From Pseudomonas phage pPa_SNUABM_DT01, in sequence record MW735835.1: a DNA stretch of 64,000 bases, one strand, 5' to 3'. Made by a program: the position numbers and the translations under genes. Positions 1-8,836 of the stretch are shown one piece after another (positions within the stretch are counted from its first letter, which is position 1; each line of letters starts with the position of its first letter). A model generated the notes under the pieces. The model did no database searches and was not told the origin of the DNA. It saw only the letters and a program-made list of their open reading frames with translations.

Positions 1-1
1 T

Positions 2-439
2 TTGCGTCGGAAACCTGACCCGTTCCTGACCTTGCTGGATCATCTGGGTTACCCACTGCGCGCCATGTCGGAAGCTGAAACGGATGAGCTGTGCAATGAG
101 GCGGATGACTTCTTCCTCAACATGACTCTGATGTTCGACCAATTCGTCGACGGTGTGGTTAAGGCTGTCGGGACCCGCAACGTGGAGTTCCGGCACATCG
201 CGTTCACCGAAGACCTGATCATCGAGGTGAAAGAAGATGCCGCTGCCGAGCGGTACAAGCGCATGCTGATGAAAGTCAAGCGGTTGACCCCTCCGACCCG
301 CGTGCAAGAGGTCGATGACCTCGGGCCGTATCAGGAATACATCGATTACGCGTTGGGTGAGGTGTTCAACAACATCCACAACCCGACGATTCATGATGAA
401 GTCAAGCGCATGTTCACCGAGAGCCTCAACCGTCAGTAA
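2..439 (+). CDS. hypothetical protein, 5'-truncated at window edge
   Basis: The open frame runs from the window start to a TAA at 437-439. The translation looks protein-like (acidic/aromatic mix) and GC3 is high, like the neighbouring genes. No recognisable motif. Confidence 0.45.
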   Translation: MRRKPDPFLTLLDHLGYPLRAMSEAETDELCNEADDFFLNMTLMFDQFVDGVVKAVGTRNVEFRHIAFTEDLIIEVKEDAAAERYKRMLMKVKRLTPPTRVQEVDDLGPYQEYIDYALGEVFNNIHNPTIHDEVKRMFTESLNRQ

Positions 440-450
440 GGTGTCGTCCC

Positions 451-894
451 ATGGTGAGTTTCCTAGTGTCAACTGGCGAGATGGAGAGCATGATCATGGA
501 CATGCTTTCCGATCAGTTTGGTGGTTGCTTCACAATGGAGGCGACCAACGTCATCGGCCGCCTGGTCGATACCTATAATCGGACGGAGTCAGCCGAACTG
601 GTTGATGCCGTGATCGAGTCGATCAGGATGCCCTTGGTTGACTACTCCCCCGTGGATGTCATCGTGGACCACTTCCTGGCTCTCGTACAGAAGCCAGTGG
701 ATCTTACGGTGTACGTGCCGAACCTGGAATACAGTGCCGCGAACGATACGATCGTGGTACGCCAGTTCAAGCGCCCGGTGCCTAACCCTACAACCCGAAT
801 AAAGGAAGACTTCAACCATGCCCAACAGCAGGGTGACTTCTTTCCTGAAAGGCTACGGCGCGCTTACGAAGAGCTTGTATCCTCAGGCATATAA
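451..894 (+). CDS. hypothetical protein
   Basis: ATG at 451 sits 8 nt after an AAGGTG Shine-Dalgarno-like element. The ORF is 147 aa and has no motif. It overlaps the next ORF by 77 nt, so its 3' end or the next gene's start is uncertain. Confidence 0.4.
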   Translation: MVSFLVSTGEMESMIMDMLSDQFGGCFTMEATNVIGRLVDTYNRTESAELVDAVIESIRMPLVDYSPVDVIVDHFLALVQKPVDLTVYVPNLEYSAANDTIVVRQFKRPVPNPTTRIKEDFNHAQQQGDFFPERLRRAYEELVSSGI

Positions 895-1306
895 GCCTTA
901 TCACGTCGACCGTGTCACGGTGGGTCCAGCCCCTGACACGGTACGTTTCGTGTTGGTGGAAAGCCCGATGGAACACGAGACCTTTAAGGAGTATTACCGT
1001 CAACTGGGACGGATAGGGATCATGATCCCCATGGTCGAGATGATTAACTGCGCTCTCAGGCGCAGGAGTGTCCTCGACACGCGTGCTGGCCGTTCATGGA
1101 TCAACAGAACATCAGAGGAGCGCGTCGCGCTCTTCAAAGCAGAGATAGCTAACATCAACCTAGCCATGCAGTTAGGGTTCAACGGACTCTTGCGCAATGC
1201 CTGTGGGGATTGCCTTGTCATGGAGTACTGTGACGGCTTGATGGTTATAGAGGTGAGAAGAGTTGTCGACTGGAATAAGCTCAATCGCTTTGAAGTTACC
1301 GTATGA
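818..1306 (+). CDS. hypothetical protein
   Basis: ATG at 818 is preceded by AAGGAAG with a 9-nt spacer. 162 aa, no motif. Confidence 0.45.
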   Translation: MPNSRVTSFLKGYGALTKSLYPQAYKPYHVDRVTVGPAPDTVRFVLVESPMEHETFKEYYRQLGRIGIMIPMVEMINCALRRRSVLDTRAGRSWINRTSEERVALFKAEIANINLAMQLGFNGLLRNACGDCLVMEYCDGLMVIEVRRVVDWNKLNRFEVTV

Positions 1307-1826
1307 CGGGGCGTTCAATATGCTCGGCAGGAAGCTGGCCGATCAAATTGGCGCCTCGGCATTACTTTATGCCGCAATAGCGTATTTTGTCTTCGATGAG
1401 GCGTTCTACCTTGAGGACCTCTCGGAGAATTTTCCCGAGTTGCATGATGATTTGCTGTGGTGGTGTGATGACATCTATTCATCGTTTTACGCCACCTTCA
1501 AGAACCTTAGGACCTTTTATGAAACTACCGATGATCCTGCCCAGGAACGCGCTCATTCGCCAATGTGCGGAAAGCGGTGGCGTCGGGCACAAAGACCGTT
1601 CCAGCTTCTCAGGGTCGTCTATTACGAACCCGATGAAGATGTCTACATTACGGCCTCGCGAGACCCGAGTGATCATCACCTTGGAAGCATCTGGCGAATT
1701 TCTGGGCAACGTCCTGAAAGTGTGCTCGGCAACAGGCATGAGCATCGAGGAATTGTTTTCCTACCTTTCCAACGCTCTCGACGCCTACCGCGCCGATCAA
1801 TTCCCACCGGCCCTGTTGATGAATGA
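1263..1826 (+). CDS. hypothetical protein; only the N-terminal ~125 aa look genuinely coding and the tail may be out of frame
   Basis: The N-terminal translation (FDEAFYLEDLSENFPELHDDLLWWCDDIYSSFYATF...) is protein-like. Beyond ~1640 this frame becomes R/S-rich, while the +1 frame becomes protein-like instead (see finding). Confidence 0.35.
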   Translation: MSTGISSIALKLPYDGAFNMLGRKLADQIGASALLYAAIAYFVFDEAFYLEDLSENFPELHDDLLWWCDDIYSSFYATFKNLRTFYETTDDPAQERAHSPMCGKRWRRAQRPFQLLRVVYYEPDEDVYITASRDPSDHHLGSIWRISGQRPESVLGNRHEHRGIVFLPFQRSRRLPRRSIPTGPVDE

Positions 1827-2064
1827 CCGCTTGCCACGAGCTGAGCAGGTCGACGTCCAGGCCACGCTTGGCAACCTGATCGAACAGTACACCGCAGAGA
1901 CGGAACAACTGGTGAAATTGATCGGTGTGCCACGCCTCGTGGAGGTACATGGAGATGATGATATTGCCGTTGTCGAAGTCAGCAAACCAGAACCTGAGCC
2001 CCTGCCAAGTCCCGATCGCATTGTGCATCCCCGTCGAAGGAGACTGGTTAAGCACGATCGATAG
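1633..2064 (+). CDS. hypothetical protein (start uncertain; the frame is open from 1387)
   Basis: From about 1633 (ATG) the frame has high GC3 and a protein-like translation (MKMSTLRPRETRVIITLEASGEFLGNVLKVC...). The upstream part of the same frame is Arg/Ser/Cys-rich and looks out of frame. No Shine-Dalgarno element at 1633. Confidence 0.35.
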   Translation: MKMSTLRPRETRVIITLEASGEFLGNVLKVCSATGMSIEELFSYLSNALDAYRADQFPPALLMNDRLPRAEQVDVQATLGNLIEQYTAETEQLVKLIGVPRLVEVHGDDDIAVVEVSKPEPEPLPSPDRIVHPRRRRLVKHDR

Positions 2065-2356
2065 AGAACTGCTCGTTGTCTGCGTTTCCTCGGCCCTAGC
2101 GGGTGTAATTAAGAACACCATTGCCGCTGAATATGGGCAAGCACTCAGTTATTGGATGAGGAAGTCTACGAATCGTCGGCATTCCATGGCACGCTTGATG
2201 GTGCAGTTGGACGAAGCTTTCGAGCTGGTGCTGGCAGTGTTTGTAGGCATTGCAGATCAACTAAGTAGATACCGGTTCATCGAATCGCTAGTCACCGAGT
2301 TGGTGGCGTACGATGCGGCTGACGGATCATTGGTAGTGAGAATTTCCGATGGCTGA
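1925..2356 (+). CDS. hypothetical protein (true start probably downstream, ~2050-2160)
   Basis: The C-terminal two thirds (LSTIDRELLVVCVSSALAGVIKNTIAAEYG...VRISDG) look coding, but the N-terminal part overlaps the previous frame and looks like junk. The stop overlaps the start of the next gene (ATGGCTGA). Confidence 0.35.
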   Translation: MCHASWRYMEMMILPLSKSANQNLSPCQVPIALCIPVEGDWLSTIDRELLVVCVSSALAGVIKNTIAAEYGQALSYWMRKSTNRRHSMARLMVQLDEAFELVLAVFVGIADQLSRYRFIESLVTELVAYDAADGSLVVRISDG

Positions 2357-2705
2357 ATGTAACATCATCCTGGACGGCGTCGACATCCATCGACGCTTCC
2401 TGGACGACCTGTCAAGGGTCTTTGACCACCAGTACGATATCGATGAGGTCTACGCCTTATATCCCGACTGGTGCCGTCGTGGGCAGATTCACGTGGATGC
2501 CTACGCCCGGCCGCTGTACCCGGTTTTCCCCGGCTCCGCAAAAGAAGAGCAAGAAGAAGCCGAAGATAACTTCATAGCCTTGCGAAATGCTATGATCAAC
2601 CTGTACTGCGCGATTGATCGTGCAACTCCCGGATTGGACCGTCGCAGCGTCGTGCATGCTGGATTCTACCCGGGCGAAGAAGCACTGATCATCACCACCC
2701 GCTAA
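2349..2705 (+). CDS. hypothetical protein
   Basis: Start/stop overlap ATGGCTGA with the upstream ORF. 118 aa with an acidic stretch (EEQEEAED). No motif. Confidence 0.5.
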   Translation: MAECNIILDGVDIHRRFLDDLSRVFDHQYDIDEVYALYPDWCRRGQIHVDAYARPLYPVFPGSAKEEQEEAEDNFIALRNAMINLYCAIDRATPGLDRRSVVHAGFYPGEEALIITTR

Positions 2706-2713
2706 GGACATCC

Positions 2714-3010
2714 ATGATCATCATCAATACTTCAGAGGTCATCGCTGACCTAATACCTGAGGTATGTCACCACCTAGACCCGGATGCGCCGTTTTACGAC
2801 GAACTCCCTCTGGATGTTCGGAAGTACTTCAAGGCACTCATTCTAAAAGCCTTCAACGCTGCCAAGCAGGAAGACCTGTACTGCAACGTGAACTGGCTTT
2901 TGCGCATCCAGTGCGACCGATCGTTTATCGCCGTCGCCGACAGGCGGTGGGTAGACGTAGAAGTGGTTGACTCCGACGGGACCTTCGTTTTACTTATCGA
3001 GGAACGCTAA
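2714..3010 (+). CDS. hypothetical protein
   Basis: AAGGA Shine-Dalgarno element 7 nt upstream of the ATG. 98 aa. Confidence 0.55.
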   Translation: MIIINTSEVIADLIPEVCHHLDPDAPFYDELPLDVRKYFKALILKAFNAAKQEDLYCNVNWLLRIQCDRSFIAVADRRWVDVEVVDSDGTFVLLIEER

Positions 3011-3012
3011 TC

Positions 3013-3420
3013 ATGATTTCTGAATACGTCGGTAAGACGGTGCGTTTCAACACGCTGGCGCCCAATGTCCTGGGCGCTAACCGTGACAACGTCATCGTCA
3101 AGGCCGTCCTCGACCTCGACACTGCGCGACTGCTCAGCGATGTGCGGTCCAAGCACGCTCAGGTCAAGCCTTACATCGCCAATCTGCCGGAAGCGGCTGG
3201 TTCGTACAGTTACGTCAAGCTGGTTCACGGCAACGGTCAGTCAGAAGTTCTGGGTGTGCCGTGGGTAGACAGCAGCACCATTGAAATCATCTCCGATCGG
3301 AAACTGGTCGTCACCATCGACAAGGTGAGCGACTCCACCGAACAACTCGTGCGTGAGGCGCTGTTGCAAAATGGTGTTTCGAACTTCAAGATCGACTACG
3401 CGGGCACCGTGGCCTCCTAA
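3013..3420 (+). CDS. hypothetical protein
   Basis: The stop of the previous gene (TAA) is followed directly by TCATG, giving tight coupling. 135 aa with codon bias typical of this genome. Confidence 0.55.
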   Translation: MISEYVGKTVRFNTLAPNVLGANRDNVIVKAVLDLDTARLLSDVRSKHAQVKPYIANLPEAAGSYSYVKLVHGNGQSEVLGVPWVDSSTIEIISDRKLVVTIDKVSDSTEQLVREALLQNGVSNFKIDYAGTVAS

Positions 3421-3499
3421 GCCTCGCCGCCCTGATTACCGCCTCGACAGACGGGAGGGCTATGAAAACCAAGTCCTCCTTCCTTTTGATGACCGCTTC

Positions 3500-3880
3500 A
3501 TGTCCGGTTACGGCGATTTCCTTGACAAGGTCGATTCGATCGCCTGTCAGTACGAGGTCTCCGATGACGCTCGACACGGGATGTTCCAGCTCACCCAGTT
3601 GGCCGTCCATGTCGAGATCATGATAGAAGAGAAGAACGGGGAAACAGCCCTTGCTGATAACTTCATGGAAGACGTCTACAGCACCCTTGGTGATGTCGTG
3701 GGCGGAGCTTTCATGGATGCTGTGCTGGAGTTTCACAACGACAAGCCACCCCCGCGTGATCTGGATACCTTGAGGATGGTGCATGCTCAGTCTGAAGGCT
3801 TTGTCCTGATGGGCGTGACCCCTGTACGTGAAGAAGACACGATCATCTACACGTTCGTCAACTTGGGATTCAGTCAATAA
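3500..3880 (+). CDS. hypothetical protein
   Basis: This is the first in-frame ATG after the stop of the upstream gene. The ORF track begins at 3353, but that part overlaps the previous gene and translates to junk. 126 aa, acidic. Confidence 0.4.
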   Translation: MSGYGDFLDKVDSIACQYEVSDDARHGMFQLTQLAVHVEIMIEEKNGETALADNFMEDVYSTLGDVVGGAFMDAVLEFHNDKPPPRDLDTLRMVHAQSEGFVLMGVTPVREEDTIIYTFVNLGFSQ

Positions 3881-3883
3881 AAA

Positions 3884-3935
3884 CGGAGAGTAGCTCTATT
3901 ATGAGCTACTCTCCGATACTTTATTTTTTCTTTTG
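3884..3935 (+). terminator. rho-independent terminator
   Basis: Perfect 13-bp stem CGGAGAGTAGCTC / GAGCTACTCTCCG with a TATTAT loop, followed by ATACTTTATTTTTTCTTTTG. Confidence 0.8.
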
Positions 3936-3954
3936 TTGGGACAAGGCACGAGCG

Positions 3955-6240
3955 ATGGAAAACCCATTTGTACTTCCAAAGGACGCCTACGTTCGCGATC
4001 TCGATCTGCTGAAAGGCTACTTCAACCAGAACACCCTCTTCCTGCACCGGATGACCGGTCAGCCAAAGGAAAAATGCCTGACCTTCCTCAAGAAGACCCT
4101 GTCTCGTGGCGGCGCATTCCCTCTGCGCGACCCGAACATGCTGGTCCTCAAGCAAGAGAGCCCGGGCAACCGCGTCAAAGACGAGATGACCCTGCTGTCG
4201 TACGTCAATACGGTCACCTCGACCAACCGTATCATGTCGCCGTCGATGGTTTGCTACGAAAACCCGAAGGTATTGAAGTCCCCTTCGGCCAAATTCGTGG
4301 AATCCGGCATCGCTGGGCGTAAGAAAGCCAAGAACGAGATGTTCGTGGCCAAAGTAAACGGTGATGAAGTCCTCGAAAAGATCAAGGACGCCGAGCAGAA
4401 CGCCAAAAAGATCGCGATCAACTCGCTGTCGGGCATGCACGGCTTCACCGGCAACATTCTCTACGTGAAATCGGGCCATTCCAGCCTGACTTCCATGTGC
4501 CGTTCGGCTACGGGCTACGGTAACGCCAACAACGAGAAGCTTTTGGCGGGCAGTCGACACTATCACTCGCCCAAGATAGCCATATCAAACATGCTGGCGC
4601 TGATTGATAGCCAACCGCACGACAAATTCCAGGCGGCGATGGATCATTGCGGCTTTGTGTACCCGACTGTTGAGCAAACCGCCGAGTGCATCAAGCGCAG
4701 CACCGACCTCTACTGGCGTAACGCTGGCAATTTCCAGAAGATCGTGGACTTCATTGTCCGTCTGACCCCGCTGGAACGCGCCATTGTCGTCTACACTGGC
4801 GATCTGTACCATATCGCCAAGTACAACGGTGACTATGTCCGTGGGTTCATGGACAAAATCATCAAGTACGACCCGAAAGCCGACCCGACAGTCGTGGACG
4901 ATGGCTACGCTGTACTTACCGGCAAGAAAATCGACGACGATACCAAGATGCTGGCAACCTACCTCAACGCGGAATACACCCGTGGCGAGAACTTCGACTC
5001 CTTGAAGGAGAAGGGCATGCACGATGTGCTTGCCATGGTAGCCAAAACCGCGTTCAACGTCCAGTCTGTAGTCCAGGAGTACTTCGTGTTCATCCGCACG
5101 ATGCTGACTCCGGTGCTGTTGGCGCCGACCGTGGCAAACATCAAGGGCATCCTGCGTCGTGTGGTGCTGGCTTCTGACACCGACTCGACCATCTTCACCA
5201 CGCAAGAGTGGGTGAGCTGGTACACTGGTAGCGACCATCGCACCAAAGAAGGTGACGGTATCTGGTACACCACGACCTACGTGGCTTGCCAGTGCATCGT
5301 GCACGTCCTGGCCCAATTGTCCGCCAACATGGGGGTGATCCAGGAAGACCTGCACCGCCTGACCATGAAGAACGAGTACGCCTTCCCGGTGTTCACCCTG
5401 ACCAACCGGGCCAAGCACTACTACGCCTTCATGAGCTGCCGTGAGGGCAACGTGTACAAGGACTACGACATGGAGATCAAGGGCGTGGCTCTGCGGTCTT
5501 CTACCGTACCTGTCGCAATCATCAAGCAGGCGAAAGCCATGATGAAGGAGGTCATGACCCGTGCCGACCAGAACCGTCAGTTCACGCTCGAAGAGCTGTA
5601 CCTGACTGTCTGGAAGCTGGAGCAGGACATCTACACCTCCATCAAGAAGGGTGAGCACCGTTACCTGAAGTCGGCACAGATTCAGGCCTTCTACAACAAC
5701 ATGAACAAAGACAACCCGTATCTGGAGAAGACGAACCTTCGTCACTATCACATCTGGGAAATGGTCTTTGCTCCGAAGTACGGTCACGTTGAAAACCCGC
5801 CCTACTCGGTCATTAAGGTTCCGCTGGCGATCAACAACAAGACCGACATGCAGAACTGGTTTGCCCACATGGAATCGGTCGATCCTGACTTCGCAGCGCG
5901 GATGAAGGACTACTGTGACAAGGCAGGCCGGACCGAGATTGGTACGCTGATGCTGCCTCTGTCGATCCTGGCAGGCGTGGGGATGCCCGATGAAGTGATG
6001 GCAGTGATCGACATCCGTCGACTCACCTACGAGATCCTGGAGTCGTTCTACATGATCCTGGAATCGTTGGGTGTGTTCCAGGTGGACAGCAAATACGTCC
6101 GCTTGATCAGTGACATCTATACACCGGAAGGCGAAGTCAACCTGCAACCGGAAGCAACCGATGCGAACAGCCTCATTGAAGAAGATGAGGACCTTCTGTA
6201 CGAGGAAGACGACGATGGAGAAGATTGGCTCGCCGACTGA
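3955..6240 (+). CDS. family B DNA polymerase, polymerase (palm/thumb) module without an exonuclease domain
   Basis: Motif C (LASDTDSTIF) is present. Downstream there is a KKRY-like AKHYYAF followed by MEIKGVALRSSTVP, which together resemble the RB69/T4 region AKKRYAL...LKIMGLETQKSSTP. A degenerate motif B candidate (KTAFNVQS) lies ~50 aa before DTDS, and an NSLS element (KKIAINSLSGMHGF) further upstream resembles motif A but lacks the catalytic Asp. The start is set at ATG 3955, after the terminator. The track start at 3901 lies inside the terminator hairpin. Confidence 0.6.
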   Translation: MENPFVLPKDAYVRDLDLLKGYFNQNTLFLHRMTGQPKEKCLTFLKKTLSRGGAFPLRDPNMLVLKQESPGNRVKDEMTLLSYVNTVTSTNRIMSPSMVCYENPKVLKSPSAKFVESGIAGRKKAKNEMFVAKVNGDEVLEKIKDAEQNAKKIAINSLSGMHGFTGNILYVKSGHSSLTSMCRSATGYGNANNEKLLAGSRHYHSPKIAISNMLALIDSQPHDKFQAAMDHCGFVYPTVEQTAECIKRSTDLYWRNAGNFQKIVDFIVRLTPLERAIVVYTGDLYHIAKYNGDYVRGFMDKIIKYDPKADPTVVDDGYAVLTGKKIDDDTKMLATYLNAEYTRGENFDSLKEKGMHDVLAMVAKTAFNVQSVVQEYFVFIRTMLTPVLLAPTVANIKGILRRVVLASDTDSTIFTTQEWVSWYTGSDHRTKEGDGIWYTTTYVACQCIVHVLAQLSANMGVIQEDLHRLTMKNEYAFPVFTLTNRAKHYYAFMSCREGNVYKDYDMEIKGVALRSSTVPVAIIKQAKAMMKEVMTRADQNRQFTLEELYLTVWKLEQDIYTSIKKGEHRYLKSAQIQAFYNNMNKDNPYLEKTNLRHYHIWEMVFAPKYGHVENPPYSVIKVPLAINNKTDMQNWFAHMESVDPDFAARMKDYCDKAGRTEIGTLMLPLSILAGVGMPDEVMAVIDIRRLTYEILESFYMILESLGVFQVDSKYVRLISDIYTPEGEVNLQPEATDANSLIEEDEDLLYEEDDDGEDWLAD

Positions 6241-6601
6241 GTGCAAGATCCTGCAATTCCCGGAAAGGAAGCCTGAACCCAAGCTGGTATCTGGTTATGG
6301 TGACCTGGTCGGTACGAGCATCACGGCTGCCATTGTGCAGCCGTCGCTTCACCAAACGGTGGCTGATTTCCTTGCTGCCATGATGAAGGAAGCGACAGCA
6401 CTCTCGGAGACCAGTGGGGTTCCTGTACTTCGTTTGATCGAAGATAGGATTCGTCGGGAAACGGGCATAAACAGCTACGTGAAGAAAGTTCTAGCGGACG
6501 CGATGAGGGAGTTAAGGAAAGCTGATGAAAATCAACGAACTCGACTTGCCGAGGCCTCTCGGTTGCACCAAGGTCCATGCGTTCCAGATCAAGACGCTTG
6601 A
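6215..6601 (+). CDS. hypothetical protein (start uncertain)
   Basis: The track frame opens at 6110 inside the polymerase gene. The first ATG with a Shine-Dalgarno-like GAGGAAGA element is at 6215. The ORF overlaps the next gene by 77 nt. Confidence 0.35.
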   Translation: MEKIGSPTECKILQFPERKPEPKLVSGYGDLVGTSITAAIVQPSLHQTVADFLAAMMKEATALSETSGVPVLRLIEDRIRRETGINSYVKKVLADAMRELRKADENQRTRLAEASRLHQGPCVPDQDA

Positions 6602-7109
6602 ACGCCTCGACTGGATGAACTGGGAAATGGGCGGGACTTCCTCGTCCTATACAGCGTACGGTCATCATCCGCTGCACACGGTTTCCATCCCCCACAGTCT
6701 CATGGAACTCTACAAGCCTGAGGAAGGCTGGTGGATAGTCCGGTGGCCCACGGGAATCGTGACCTTCCGCAGTGATGAATCCTTCAAGCGGGACTTCGAA
6801 CCAGGCAATGGAACGCTGTACTACACCTGGCTGGAGGGCATTTTCCAACGGGGATGGGAACATCCTGAAGGGCAGCGCCGTCACGCTGAGGAGCGGGCAG
6901 CTGAGAAAGAGCGCCAGCGCAAGCTGCACGAAGAATGGATGGCCAGACGTGCCACTGAGCCCAAGGTCCGTGATCTGGGGAACGGCTGCATTGTCAGGCG
7001 AGTTGACGTGGGATTGGTCGAGATGCCTAAAGGTATTCAAGTCCAACCCCTGTCTGAGCATGTTTCCATCCTTCCGCTGCTCAAGGCACTGACCAGGCCT
7101 AACTTCTAG
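6525..7109 (+). CDS. hypothetical protein
   Basis: Strong Shine-Dalgarno element AAGGAAAG 4 nt upstream of the ATG. 194 aa, Trp-rich, no motif. Confidence 0.55.
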   Translation: MKINELDLPRPLGCTKVHAFQIKTLERLDWMNWEMGGTSSSYTAYGHHPLHTVSIPHSLMELYKPEEGWWIVRWPTGIVTFRSDESFKRDFEPGNGTLYYTWLEGIFQRGWEHPEGQRRHAEERAAEKERQRKLHEEWMARRATEPKVRDLGNGCIVRRVDVGLVEMPKGIQVQPLSEHVSILPLLKALTRPNF

Positions 7110-7115
7110 TGAGGC

Positions 7116-7150
7116 AGCATAGAGAGCGGCCAGTGGCCGCTCTCTATGCC
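7116..7150. terminator. bidirectional rho-independent terminator (CATAGAG...CTCTATGCC family)
   Basis: Stem GCATAGAGAGCGGCC / GGCCGCTCTCTATGC lies between convergent genes ending at 7109 (+) and 7151 (-). Confidence 0.7.
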
Positions 7151-8278
7151 TTATGCTGGCTCGACGTTGCGATACAAGAACGGACGGATGTTCTTGTCGA
7201 TGTACTGCTTCACCCAAGCGGCCACGTCCGACGGGATCTGATTGACCAGGTACTTGCCGCTGTCTGCTTCGAGCAGGGCACGGCGAATCCGGTTCTTGTC
7301 CGCGTCGTTCTTCTGGTTATTGTTCAGCTGGTCGAACTTGAGCAGCATCGCAATAGCCGGCATCCGAGCAATGGTGAGCGCCCAGATAGCTTGGTTGGTG
7401 AAGGCAATGTCCGGCAGACGTACCGTCTGAAGCAGGTTATCCTGCCCAAACACCGGTACGTTCGCCAGCATCGTCGTGTAGGTGTAGGTTTCCCGGGAGA
7501 ACCGCGCAGCGATCTCTTTAAGGCCTGCCTCCAGCTTGGGGTAGAGGTCAGCCGTATAGAAAGGCATGTCACTGGGTTCCCGTACGTAACCTTCCCCGCC
7601 GATCAAGCTGTGCAGGGTGTTGAGCACCGCCACGTCCAGATGACTGGTCAGCATGTTTGGGATGATCACTTGGCTGATGAAGTGCGCCGTTGGGAGTTGG
7701 AATCCGTCCGGTGCCATCGAAGCCGTGGCCATCCGCCACAGATGGTACTGACACGCCAACAACGGGATGTTAATCTCCAGCACAGCAGTAGCGCCTGCGC
7801 CCAAACCCTTGAAGGTGTGCTCACCATCCAGTTCCAGAATACCGCACCCGGATATAGGATGAGACAATACCCTCACGGGGCTCATATTCCGCCAGTTGAA
7901 CCAGATGTCGATCGGAGAAATGGAGTCATCGGCAATGGCAATGACGATCTCGTTCACGCCTTTGCCGTAGAAATGGCTGTGGTTACGGACTCGTCCGTGG
8001 TGCGCGCCGGTGCACAACCCCATCTGGCCAGAGATGCGATCGACGATGCTGGAGACACGCAGGTAGTAGTCTGGAAGGTTGCCATCGAAACTGATGTCGA
8101 CCATGGCGAGGATCTTGAGCAGCAAGTGGTCGCTCTTGATGTACCCTGGGTTCACCCGGCGGTACTCTTTATAGCGGTCCACCTGATTGGCCATCAACTC
8201 GCGCTTTACATAGTCCAGGCCCATGGTGGCGATGTTAGTCTGCCGTAGCCTGGCCTCAGTGTTGAAGAGTGTGTACAT
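7151..8278 (-). CDS. hypothetical protein
   Basis: 375-aa minus-strand ORF with an ATG start, flanked by a bidirectional terminator. It is a lone reverse-strand gene inside a plus-strand block. No recognisable catalytic motif. Confidence 0.6.
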   Translation of the reverse strand: MYTLFNTEARLRQTNIATMGLDYVKRELMANQVDRYKEYRRVNPGYIKSDHLLLKILAMVDISFDGNLPDYYLRVSSIVDRISGQMGLCTGAHHGRVRNHSHFYGKGVNEIVIAIADDSISPIDIWFNWRNMSPVRVLSHPISGCGILELDGEHTFKGLGAGATAVLEINIPLLACQYHLWRMATASMAPDGFQLPTAHFISQVIIPNMLTSHLDVAVLNTLHSLIGGEGYVREPSDMPFYTADLYPKLEAGLKEIAARFSRETYTYTTMLANVPVFGQDNLLQTVRLPDIAFTNQAIWALTIARMPAIAMLLKFDQLNNNQKNDADKNRIRRALLEADSGKYLVNQIPSDVAAWVKQYIDKNIRPFLYRNVEPA

Positions 8279-8341
8279 GGCGGGGTGTCCAGTGACGGTT
8301 AAAGTCTCAAAGGATAGCCGACGTTATAGAAGGAAATCACA

Positions 8342-8629
8342 ATGAATGCTGAAGAGCAGCGTAAAGTCATCACGCCCCTGATCCAGTCGGCGTACAACCT
8401 TACCTTCAATCCTGCGCTGCGTGGTGGGACTGAGCGTCAGGATGGTAAACAGTTGGAAGAAGGCATTACGCTCTTCCCCAACGGGATTGACGTTACCCTC
8501 AACGGGGCAACCCAGGCTATTCGCTGGGAGCTGGATGACCACAAGGTCATCAACGTCACCTACGTTCCCTTGGCCTACTTCAACCTGGCCTGGGAAGCCT
8601 TGTCCAAATACCTGAAGCACACCGAGTGA
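8342..8629 (+). CDS. hypothetical small protein
   Basis: Shine-Dalgarno element GAAGGAAA 7 nt upstream. 95 aa. Confidence 0.5.
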   Translation: MNAEEQRKVITPLIQSAYNLTFNPALRGGTERQDGKQLEEGITLFPNGIDVTLNGATQAIRWELDDHKVINVTYVPLAYFNLAWEALSKYLKHTE

Positions 8630-8836
8630 GAACTGAATCGTAAAAAATAACTCGATAGTGCATATGGTATAGGAGATCTGCTCCGGCCAGGGTTTAGCCT
8701 TGGCGAATGGGAGGGTATTTCCTTTTCTCGGACAGGCAGGGCGGTAAAACCACCAAACCCCGCCCGTAAATTTAAACGCACCGCCTGCATCATGTTGAGG
8801 CTAGGAATGTAAATTCCATTCGAAAAACTCACGGGG

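Noticed and set aside
3901-3954. Upstream start (ATG 3901) for the polymerase ORF as given in the ORF track
   Set aside because: ATG 3901 lies inside the loop and stem of the strong terminator hairpin 3884..3935, and the first 18 codons (MSYSPILYFFFCWDKARA) translate the terminator T-tract. ATG 3955 follows the terminator.
4585-6282. 565-aa minus-strand ORF antisense to the DNA polymerase gene
   Set aside because: The sense frame carries PolB motifs (DTDS, KKRY-like). The antisense translation is His/Val/Arg-rich and featureless.
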